In this document: piece by piece, positions 19,397-27,111 of the stretch
Numbering within the stretch: the first letter of the stretch is position 1
Layout of the letters: each line of letters begins with the position of its first letter
DNA from: an uncultured Bacilli bacterium
GTDB taxonomy: Bacteria; Bacillota_I; Bacilli_A; RF39; UBA660
DNA: 35,219 nucleotides
Assembly (NCBI GenBank): GCA_947631135.1
Contig: CANRKE010000003.1
Location: forward strand, 1 to 35,219
Direction: 5' to 3'
Made by a program: the position numbers and the translations under genes
The notes under the pieces: generated by a model
Databases searched by the model: none
The model's input: the letters and a program-made list of their open reading frames with translations, nothing else
What the model was told of the DNA's origin: nothing

Positions 19397-20623
19397 ATGG
19401 GTTTAATTAAAGCACTAACATCTAGTACTTCATCAGTTTTAGGAGATCAATTTAAAGAGTTTATAACATGTCCTACAATTGATAAAAATGTACTAGTACA
19501 AAGGGGAGAAATACATCACGGAGATGGAAACAAAAATCCTTCCGAAGGAGTAATATCAAACGGAAGTGGCATTGTTGTACCAGAAAGTACAGCAATGATG
19601 ATAATTGAAAACGGAAAAATTTTAGATTTTTCTGCAGAAGCTGGAACATACACTTTTGATAATAGTTCAGAACCAAGTATTTTTACTGGAGGATTTGGAA
19701 ATGGATTAAAAGAAAGTATCAAAAATATTGGAAGTCGTATTACTTTTGGTGGTGGTACTGCTAAAGACCAAAGGGTTTACTATATAAACTTACTTTCATT
19801 GACTGGAAATAAATTTGGTTCACCACAACCAAAAAAAATAACAGATGATAAATACGGAATGTTAGAAGTTACATTCTTTGGAGAATATGCAATAAAAGTT
19901 GATAATCCTGCTGTATTAATAGAAAATGTCATAGGATCAAATGCAAAAGATACAATATTGTTTTCTGATATTTTAGAGGATCAATTCAAGACTAAATTTG
20001 TTGAAAAATTAACTCAAGCAATAACAACAGTTATGAGAAAGCACAAAATTCCATTTGGTGATATAGGAATGTATGGAACTGATATTTCTAATGAGATGAA
20101 TAATCTTTTAGATAGTGACTTAGTTTCTAAGTATGGTATTAAGATTTCTGATGTTGCAATAGCAGATATAAATTTGACTGATGAATCTATGAAAAGAGTA
20201 TCAAAAATTGATGATGCAACTATATTCTCAGATGCAAAATTACAAAGTGGTTTAATGGCTAATGCAAGTGCTGAAGCTTTACAAAATGCTGCTTCCAATG
20301 GAAATGGAGCAATGATGGGATTTATGGGAATGAATATGGCAAATAATGCAGGAACAACTATGATGGGAGCAGTTAATCAAAATCCATATTCTGATAATTC
20401 TGTAAAGGAAGAAAAAGAAATAATAGAACCAGGAACTCTTTTCCAAAATAATACAGACACAAAAGAAAATAGTATAGAGTCAAAAAATGAAAATGATATT
20501 AATCAAGAATCTAAAGAAGAAACAATAGCAAATTCTAGTGCTAGTCCAAAGTTTTGTCCTGAATGTGGAACTAAAACAAATGGTGGAAACTTCTGCACTA
20601 ATTGTGGTCACAAATTACAATAA
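19397..20623 (+). CDS. SPFH/band 7 domain protein (YdjI-like) with C-terminal Zn ribbon
   Basis: MGLIKA..., VISNGS.IVVPE, GTYTFD.SSEPSIF, QRVYYIN, GNKFGSP, Ala/Met/Gly-rich segment, FCPECG...FCTNCG; strong aaggagg RBS. Confidence 0.87.
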   Translation: MGLIKALTSSTSSVLGDQFKEFITCPTIDKNVLVQRGEIHHGDGNKNPSEGVISNGSGIVVPESTAMMIIENGKILDFSAEAGTYTFDNSSEPSIFTGGFGNGLKESIKNIGSRITFGGGTAKDQRVYYINLLSLTGNKFGSPQPKKITDDKYGMLEVTFFGEYAIKVDNPAVLIENVIGSNAKDTILFSDILEDQFKTKFVEKLTQAITTVMRKHKIPFGDIGMYGTDISNEMNNLLDSDLVSKYGIKISDVAIADINLTDESMKRVSKIDDATIFSDAKLQSGLMANASAEALQNAASNGNGAMMGFMGMNMANNAGTTMMGAVNQNPYSDNSVKEEKEIIEPGTLFQNNTDTKENSIESKNENDINQESKEETIANSSASPKFCPECGTKTNGGNFCTNCGHKLQ

Positions 20624-20653
20624 TTGATACAAAATTATTTTGTAATTTAAATT

Positions 20654-20703
20654 AAATCACGGTACTTATTCTAAATGAATAAGACTGTGATTTTTATTTT
20701 TTT
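20654..20703. terminator. Terminator after the SPFH operon (probably bidirectional)
   Basis: aaatcacggt-a-cttattc-taaat-gaataag-actgtgattt followed by a T tract. Confidence 0.75.
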
Positions 20704-20706
20704 AAC

Positions 20707-20891
20707 TAATTTATTTTCATCAACATATTATAATTAAGTGAATTTTCTTTTGAAATAGCAGATCTTTTTGTTTCTTTTTCATAAGATAGTCTTACACTAT
20801 TTGCAACTTTTCCAAAACGAATGACAATTTCAGGATCAAATATTTCATCAATTCTTTCACACATAATTTTGCTAGTTAAAGCTTAAATGGC
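20707..20891 (-). pseudogene. Decayed, internally deleted copy of the Bro-N-like gene at 22096..22956
   Basis: 20707..20820 matches 22114..22228 (110/115 by hand: four substitutions and a 1-bp deletion). 20821..20891 matches 22571..22642 more loosely. The intervening ~342 bp are missing. Confidence 0.9.
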
Positions 20892-20914
20892 ACTCTCTTC
20901 AAATTAATATGATT

Positions 20915-21934
20915 TTATTTATTTTCTAAATCAATATGTAAATTTAATTCTTCTTCAGTCGGTAATTCTTTTAAAATTTCAGGTGGTAAATATTCCGATA
21001 ATTCATACGAACTAACTCCAATTGGTTTATTTATATCTCTTAACGCATATTCAACATTTAATTTATTTTTATTTCTAACAAGTATAATCCCAATAGATGG
21101 ATTATCTAATTCTGTTTTTAATGTATCATCTAATGCAGATAAATAATAATTCATTTTTCCTGCGTATTCTGGTATAAATTTTTTATTTTTAAGTTCAATT
21201 GCAACATAACAATGTAACTTAGTATGGTAAAATAATAAGTCAATAAAATTTTCTTCGTCATTAACTGTAACTCTATATTTATTAGCAATAAAACTAAATC
21301 CATTTCCTAATTCTAACAAAGTCATTTTAATTCTATCTATCATTGCTTTTTCGATATCTTTTTCTACAAAATTCTCACGTAGTGCACCAACATCAAATAT
21401 ATAAGGATCTTTCATAATTTCTTTTGCTAAAGAACTTTGTGGTTGTAGAAGTGTTAGTTTAAAATTATTAGGTTTATCCCCAAGAATTTGCCTACTATAT
21501 GCATTTCTTCTTATTTGAGTTTCTAAATAATCATAACTCCAACCATTATTATAAGTTTCTTTTATATACCATATTTTTTGATTATTATCCTTAACTCGAT
21601 GCATTATTAATGTATTGTGTGACCACGGTATTTTATATGAATATTCTTTCAATTGTTCATTGTCTTTTACTGATAAATAATACTTCTTCATATCACGAAG
21701 ATTTCTAGGAGAATAACCTTTTGCATTAGGAAATTCAAGTTTCAATTCAATTGACATTTCATTTATAAAATTGTTACCATATTCACTATTCTCATATATA
21801 ATTTTACCAATATAAAAATATAAATCCATTACATTAATATTAGCATTTTCAAATATTTCTAATTGAGTATTTTTGATTTTAGTTACTATTTTATCTATAG
21901 CAATCTTAAAGTCATTTAATTTAATTTCTATCAT
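20915..21934 (-). CDS. YhcG/DUF1016 family PD-(D/E)XK nuclease domain protein
   Basis: GYSPRNLRDM, IPWSH, NGWS...L..QI, KDPYIFD, LLELGNGFSF, IDLLFYH..L.CYVAIELK, GKMNYY, SIGIIL; ggagg RBS. Confidence 0.92.
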   Translation of the reverse strand: MIEIKLNDFKIAIDKIVTKIKNTQLEIFENANINVMDLYFYIGKIIYENSEYGNNFINEMSIELKLEFPNAKGYSPRNLRDMKKYYLSVKDNEQLKEYSYKIPWSHNTLIMHRVKDNNQKIWYIKETYNNGWSYDYLETQIRRNAYSRQILGDKPNNFKLTLLQPQSSLAKEIMKDPYIFDVGALRENFVEKDIEKAMIDRIKMTLLELGNGFSFIANKYRVTVNDEENFIDLLFYHTKLHCYVAIELKNKKFIPEYAGKMNYYLSALDDTLKTELDNPSIGIILVRNKNKLNVEYALRDINKPIGVSSYELSEYLPPEILKELPTEEELNLHIDLENK

Positions 21935-21950
21935 ATTTAAACCTCCTCGT

Positions 21951-21980
21951 ACAATTTGGCAGACGTGTCTGCAAAATTGT
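21951..21980. repeat. 30-bp near-perfect palindrome immediately 5' of the YhcG RBS
   Basis: acaatttggcagac-gt-gtctgcaaaattgt: 14-bp arms with one mismatch. Confidence 0.9.
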
Positions 21981-22095
21981 TATTTATTTTAATTTATTTT
22001 TTAAAATTACGTTTAATTTTATCTACAAGTAAAATCATCTTATCATGAATTGCATGTTTTTCTCTATAAAATCCACAGTATCAGATTCAATAGAT

Positions 22096-22956
22096 TTAAA
22101 TTTTTTGTTCAATTAATTTATTTTCATCAACATATTGATAATTAAGTGAATTTTCTTTTGAAATAGCAGATCTTTTTGTTTCTTTTTCATAAGATAGTCT
22201 CGCACTATTTGCAACTTTTCCACCACGAGCAGCAACTTTCATATTTTCATTTAAACCTTTTGGGTGTTCAGAGGTTGCTATATCACGAGCAGCAATTTCA
22301 CCAATATTAGTTAGTGCAATTTCAATATCTGTCATATTATCCCTTAAGCTTTCTTTTCTTAAACCTTTATATACTTTGTATTCTTTCGCTTTCATTCCAG
22401 ACCAACCTTTATATATTTCATTTGTAAGCATTGCATATTCTACTGGCTTTTCGATTCCACCAGATTTCCATATATCAGTTAATTTAAATCTATCGACAAT
22501 TTCAATTAATCTTTTTTTAATCCACTCATCACTATAACCTAATCTTCTATAATAATTAACAGCTCTATTAATAGCAATTTCAGGATCAAATACTTCATCA
22601 ATTCTTTCACTACCCAATTTTGCTAGCCAATGTTTAAATGGCTCTGCTTTAGGTGAAGGAACAGATTCAATTAATCTTAATATTCCTTTAGTATCAAGTG
22701 TATCTGTTAAATAACTTTTTCCATCTTTTTTAGATTTCATTTTTAGTTGCACGATATTTTCGTGCAACTCACTACCTTCTTGTTTCAACTTTCTTTTTAA
22801 ATCACTCCAATAATTTCTAGGAATATTAGCATCAGTTAAAATACCAATAACATCAACTACACTAAAATAATAATCTTCTTTCTCACTATCCCATATACTT
22901 CTAATTTCACTACCCTCAAATAGATTAGTAATTGTTTCTAATTTGTTTTGTTTCAT
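22096..22956 (-). CDS. Bro-N-like / phage antirepressor-type DNA-binding protein
   Basis: IRSIWD...YYFSVVDVI, RNYWSDLKRKL, DGK.Y.TD, RLIESVPSPKAEPFK.WLA, LRDNMTD.E motifs. Confidence 0.8.
   Translation of the reverse strand: MKQNKLETITNLFEGSEIRSIWDSEKEDYYFSVVDVIGILTDANIPRNYWSDLKRKLKQEGSELHENIVQLKMKSKKDGKSYLTDTLDTKGILRLIESVPSPKAEPFKHWLAKLGSERIDEVFDPEIAINRAVNYYRRLGYSDEWIKKRLIEIVDRFKLTDIWKSGGIEKPVEYAMLTNEIYKGWSGMKAKEYKVYKGLRKESLRDNMTDIEIALTNIGEIAARDIATSEHPKGLNENMKVAARGGKVANSARLSYEKETKRSAISKENSLNYQYVDENKLIEQKI
22745..22769. repeat. Perfect intragenic palindrome in the Bro-N-like gene
   Basis: agttgcacga-tattt-tcgtgcaact: 10-bp arms; encodes (E)LHENIVQ(L) on the minus strand. Confidence 0.9.
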
Positions 22957-23002
22957 TTTTATAATATCCTTTCGTTTATATATACTTCATAAATGTAATC
23001 AC

Positions 23003-23031
23003 AGTATAATATAATCTACATTAACAGTCAA
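23003..23031 (-). promoter_or_regulatory. SigA-type promoter for the Bro-N-like gene
   Basis: Minus strand TTGACT-17 nt-TATACT. Confidence 0.65.
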
Positions 23032-23146
23032 TACTTTTATTTAAATTAGCAAGTAAAATATTCTTGCATATTATTTATACTAATCTACAAATGAACTATA
23101 TGAATAAAATATTTCATATTACCATAAATTTAAATAGGTGATATTA

Positions 23147-24067
23147 ATGAAGAATGCATGCATATTTTATTATAATTTAAATCCAGAAGTAATACATCAA
23201 AAAGATGGAGTATATTATTTTAAAATAAATGAAGAAAGATATTATTTATTTCCATGTTATAGATCTAGAGAAGAATTAAATTCAATATATAAAATATCAT
23301 CTGAATTAATAAATAAAAATATATATGTACATCAAATAGTATTAAATAAAGATAATAATATTATTACTATAATAGATAACATTATGTATGTATTACTTAA
23401 AATATATATTAAAGAAAATGAATTTATAAATGTTGATAATATTTCTTATTTAACTAATAATACACTTATTAAAAAAGAAAAAGATATATTAATACAAAAA
23501 GATTGGGCAAGTTTATGGGAAGTTAAAAATGATTATTTAGAATATCAAATTAGTCAATTTGGAGTTAAATATAAAAGTGTAGCAGCCTCTTTTAGTTATT
23601 ATATTGGTATAGCTGAAAATGCAATCAGTTATGCTAGAAATACATTAATAGAAAATAAAGATAGAATAAATCTATCTATTGCTCATAGAAGAATAACATC
23701 AACAAACACCAATTTAGATTTATATAATCCACTTGAATTTATAATAGATTATAGAGTACGTGATATTGCTGAATATGTTAAATCATGTTTCTTTGATAAT
23801 AAAAAAGAATTATTAGAAATAATTATTAAATTTTTTAATAATGTTAGACCTAATAATTTTGAAGCTAGAATGTTTTATGCAAGATTATTATATCCTACAT
23901 ATTATTTTGATATATTTGAGAATATAGTTGATGAAGAAATAGAAGAATCTGAACTTGATAAGATTGTAAGTATGTCACATGAATATGAATTATTTTTAAA
24001 GAGTGTATTTATATATTTATCAAATAATTATTATATGCCTGAAATTACATGGTTAATTAAATCTTAA
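23147..24067 (+). CDS. YutH/CotS-like spore-coat kinase-fold protein
   Basis: WASLWEVKNDYLEYQ, SFSYYIGIAENAISY, IAHRR, NPLEFIIDYRVRDIAEYVK and FYARLLYPTYYFD resemble Bacillus YutH; ATG 23147 after aggtga (GTG 23138 is the alternative). Confidence 0.7.
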   Translation: MKNACIFYYNLNPEVIHQKDGVYYFKINEERYYLFPCYRSREELNSIYKISSELINKNIYVHQIVLNKDNNIITIIDNIMYVLLKIYIKENEFINVDNISYLTNNTLIKKEKDILIQKDWASLWEVKNDYLEYQISQFGVKYKSVAASFSYYIGIAENAISYARNTLIENKDRINLSIAHRRITSTNTNLDLYNPLEFIIDYRVRDIAEYVKSCFFDNKKELLEIIIKFFNNVRPNNFEARMFYARLLYPTYYFDIFENIVDEEIEESELDKIVSMSHEYELFLKSVFIYLSNNYYMPEITWLIKS

Positions 24068-24169
24068 TTTCAATAATTGAAAAAATAAGGCAATAATTTT
24101 AATTATATTCTGTATTATTTATATTTTACTTCAAAAAAAACAAAAAAAATGTATTTTTTTGAATTTTTG

Positions 24170-24178
24170 TGGTATAAT
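24170..24178 (+). promoter_or_regulatory. Extended -10 promoter
   Basis: TGgTATAAT followed by a gaggagg RBS and ATG 24201. Confidence 0.6.
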
Positions 24179-24200
24179 TAAGTTATGAGGAGGGATATTA

Positions 24201-25337
24201 ATGAAAATTTTAAAAGTTGTCGCTAATAATTTTAAATTATGTGAAAACAATATGACTATTTCATTTATTCCAGAAGCAAATAAAACTTTAGATGATAAAG
24301 AATTTGAACTACATGAAATTGATGAAAACTTATTTGTATTTAATACGTTATGCATTATAGGAAAAAATGCATCTGGTAAAACAACAGTTATAGATTTGTT
24401 ATCCTTAGTTTATGAAATTTTCTCATTTTTTAGAGTTAAAAATACAACTAACTTATTTTTAAATTGGAACAAGCTTGTTAATTTAGATATAACATTTTAT
24501 AATGAAGGAAAATTATATAGATATATTACTGATTTATGTTTGGATGATAGTCCAGTAAATAAAACTGTTATTTTTAAAAATGAAAAATTATTTAGTAGAA
24601 CATATTATAAAACAATATCAAAAAAAATTTTTGATTATAGTAAATATGTTGAAATAATAACTGATTCTAAATTACCAGATGATACATCAATATTATATGA
24701 AGTTTTGAAAAAAATAAATATCAAAGGTATTTATTCTCCAAGTAATGACTTAAGTTATAGATATTATTATGAAACATTTAATATATATAAAATGATTGAT
24801 AATAATCATAAAATTATTGAGACAATATTAAAAATGTTTGATGAACATTTAGATAATATTGAAATGGTACATGATGATAAATTTGTTGTATATTATACAG
24901 ACAAGAGTAAAATCGAAGTAAATAGTAAAGAACTTTATGATATGTTGTCAAGTGGAACAACAAAAGGTCTTAATTTGTTTACTTACGTTGTTTATTCATT
25001 AAAATATGGAACAGATTTATTAATAGATGAAATTGAAAATCATTTTCATAAAACATTAGTTGAAAATCTTGTAAATTTATATAAAGATAAAAGTGTTAAT
25101 AAGAATAATGCCACATTAATTTTTACAACACATTATTGTGAATTACTTGATTTATTTAATAGATCTGATAATATTTATATTACTAAATATGATAAACAAA
25201 TAAAATTAGAAAACGTTTATATAAATTATGATTTTAGACCAGAATTATCAAAGAGTAAAAAATTTTATAGCAATGCGTTTAATACAGATGTTAATTATGA
25301 ATCACTTATGAACTTTAAAAAGGAATTAATGAAATAG
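24201..25337 (+). CDS. AAA_21-like (AbiEii/RloA-type) ABC-family ATPase
   Basis: NNFK near the N-terminus, Walker A GKNASGKT, signature LSSGT, Walker B LLIDEIENHFH, H-loop FTTH; no TM. Confidence 0.85.
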   Translation: MKILKVVANNFKLCENNMTISFIPEANKTLDDKEFELHEIDENLFVFNTLCIIGKNASGKTTVIDLLSLVYEIFSFFRVKNTTNLFLNWNKLVNLDITFYNEGKLYRYITDLCLDDSPVNKTVIFKNEKLFSRTYYKTISKKIFDYSKYVEIITDSKLPDDTSILYEVLKKINIKGIYSPSNDLSYRYYYETFNIYKMIDNNHKIIETILKMFDEHLDNIEMVHDDKFVVYYTDKSKIEVNSKELYDMLSSGTTKGLNLFTYVVYSLKYGTDLLIDEIENHFHKTLVENLVNLYKDKSVNKNNATLIFTTHYCELLDLFNRSDNIYITKYDKQIKLENVYINYDFRPELSKSKKFYSNAFNTDVNYESLMNFKKELMK

Positions 25338-25852
25338 TGAAATATTTAATTCTATGTGAAGGATCAAATGAAGTTTGCATTATTAATTTATTATTAAAAT
25401 ATAATAAATTAAAATTTAAAATAGATGATCTAATTTCTTTGAAACCATTTAATGCCAGACAACTATCAAATCCAACAATAAAATCAGAACTTAGAATATA
25501 TAATAAACCAGTACAAGTTTTAAGAATAGGTGATACGCAACGTGATAAATTTTTAATACCACATGATATAAATGATATTGTTTCAAAAGATAGAATATTT
25601 AAATATTGTACTTTACCAGAACTAGAAATCCTTATAATTATTAATGAAGGATTATATAAAAAGTATCTTAAATCTAAAGAAACTCCAAAAGTATTTGCAA
25701 AACGAAATGTTGTTTACAATAATTATAGATATGATCAATCCAATGAATTTTTAGAAATGTATTATGGAGGAAAAAGGATTAGTATGCTTATACAAAATTT
25801 AAAAAAATATAAACAGGGAGAACTATATTTAGCTGATTTATTAAAACAATAA
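25337..25852 (+). CDS. Hypothetical protein with TOPRIM/RloB-like acidic motifs
   Basis: The GTG start overlaps the ATPase TAG (TAGTG); YLILCEGSNE, LRIGDTQRD, CTLPELEILII. Confidence 0.6.
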   Translation: MKYLILCEGSNEVCIINLLLKYNKLKFKIDDLISLKPFNARQLSNPTIKSELRIYNKPVQVLRIGDTQRDKFLIPHDINDIVSKDRIFKYCTLPELEILIIINEGLYKKYLKSKETPKVFAKRNVVYNNYRYDQSNEFLEMYYGGKRISMLIQNLKKYKQGELYLADLLKQ

Positions 25853-25898
25853 AATATAATATAGAATATGTGATATTGTTAAATACATTTATTATATT

Positions 25899-26306
25899 CT
25901 AATCAATATATTCAGCATTTCTAAATATTTCTATCATTCTATCTACACTTATATTACCAGTTATTCTATTATTAGAATTATCCTCAATACCTTCTTTTAT
26001 AAATGCTAATGTTGGTGTTTTATCATAATTTACTATTTTCTTTATTTCTTTAATTTCTTTATTATCTAATTTATTAATATTTATATATGTAACATTTATA
26101 TTATAATCTTTAACTATCTTATTTAAATTATTATTAAATTCTTTATATTCTTTATCTTTATCATTTATAATAGCAAGTACAAATGATTCATCTTTAGTTA
26201 TTTTATTCATTAATTCATTATAGTTAGTGTTGTCAATACTAGCTTTTTTTGTACATCCAATTATTAAAAAACTAAATATTATTAATATTATTATAATTCT
26301 TTTCAT
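25899..26306 (-). CDS. Predicted lipoprotein with thioredoxin-like fold lacking CxxC
   Basis: Lipobox LIIG-C; FVLAI, YINI and KTPTLAFIKEG...RITG thioredoxin-like pattern; the only Cys is the lipobox Cys. Confidence 0.6.
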   Translation of the reverse strand: MKRIIIILIIFSFLIIGCTKKASIDNTNYNELMNKITKDESFVLAIINDKDKEYKEFNNNLNKIVKDYNINVTYININKLDNKEIKEIKKIVNYDKTPTLAFIKEGIEDNSNNRITGNISVDRMIEIFRNAEYID

Positions 26307-26450
26307 AACCCATCACCAATTTTAATTTATATTAATTAGATTAAATTGTCAATATAATTTTTTTTATATTATTAATTTTTTTTATTGAAATATATTTATG
26401 TTTTTGATAAAATAAATGTATATGATGATTATAGAAAAGAGTGTGAACAC

Positions 26451-27110
26451 ATGACTATAAAAAAAATTATATTTATATTTATCTTAACATTATGTATTAT
26501 ACCTAATTGTGTATTTGCGTTTTGTCCGTCATCAACTCTACAAGAATATAAAGAATATGCAAGAAATACAAATATAAAGTATTCATTAATTAATAAAGAT
26601 GTTTTAGAAGGAAATTATAGATTAACATTTAGAAATTTAAATTATAATATATATGCAAAAATTAAAAATACAGATATTACATATAAAAATGAAGATGAAG
26701 AAAATGAAAATGCAATAGCTACAAATGATGCAATATATAAAGGTGGTTCATCAATAACAATTGATTATTATACTATTGATGGTTTATGTCCTAATGATGT
26801 AATATATACTGTAAAATTAAATATTCCAAAATATAATATATATTATGATACTGATACTTGTAGTGGTATAACAAATTATGAATATTGTAATGAATATGTA
26901 TTTACAGATATGAATTATGATGAATTAAAAAATAGGATAGATGAATATAGAGAGAGTCATGAGATAGAAAAAGTTATTGAAGAAGAAGATAATTTAAAAG
27001 ATATGCTACCTATAATAATTGGTGGTAGTATAGCTTTAGTTATAATTATAGTTATTATATGTATAATAATAAATAAAAGAAAAAAGAAATATGATGATTG
27101 GAGTGTGTAG
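26451..27110 (+). CDS. Exported Cys-containing protein with C-terminal TM anchor
   Basis: Signal ending VFA, four Cys in the extracellular part, TM followed by KRKKK; ATG 26451 preferred to TTG 26385. Confidence 0.7.
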   Translation: MTIKKIIFIFILTLCIIPNCVFAFCPSSTLQEYKEYARNTNIKYSLINKDVLEGNYRLTFRNLNYNIYAKIKNTDITYKNEDEENENAIATNDAIYKGGSSITIDYYTIDGLCPNDVIYTVKLNIPKYNIYYDTDTCSGITNYEYCNEYVFTDMNYDELKNRIDEYRESHEIEKVIEEEDNLKDMLPIIIGGSIALVIIIVIICIIINKRKKKYDDWSV

Positions 27111-27111
27111 T

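Noticed and set aside
21997-22080. Short minus-strand frame YCGFYREKHAIHDKMILLVDKIKRNFKK between Bro-N and YhcG
   Set aside because: No RBS-supported start and no recognisable family; it may be a relic but cannot be supported.
20707-22228. DGR template/variable repeat pair
   Set aside because: The copy has indels and a large deletion, mismatches in the second block are not confined to adenines, and no RT is present; a pseudogene explains it.
20915-22956. Prophage
   Set aside because: The antirepressor-like gene stands alone; there are no structural, replication, lysis or integrase genes.
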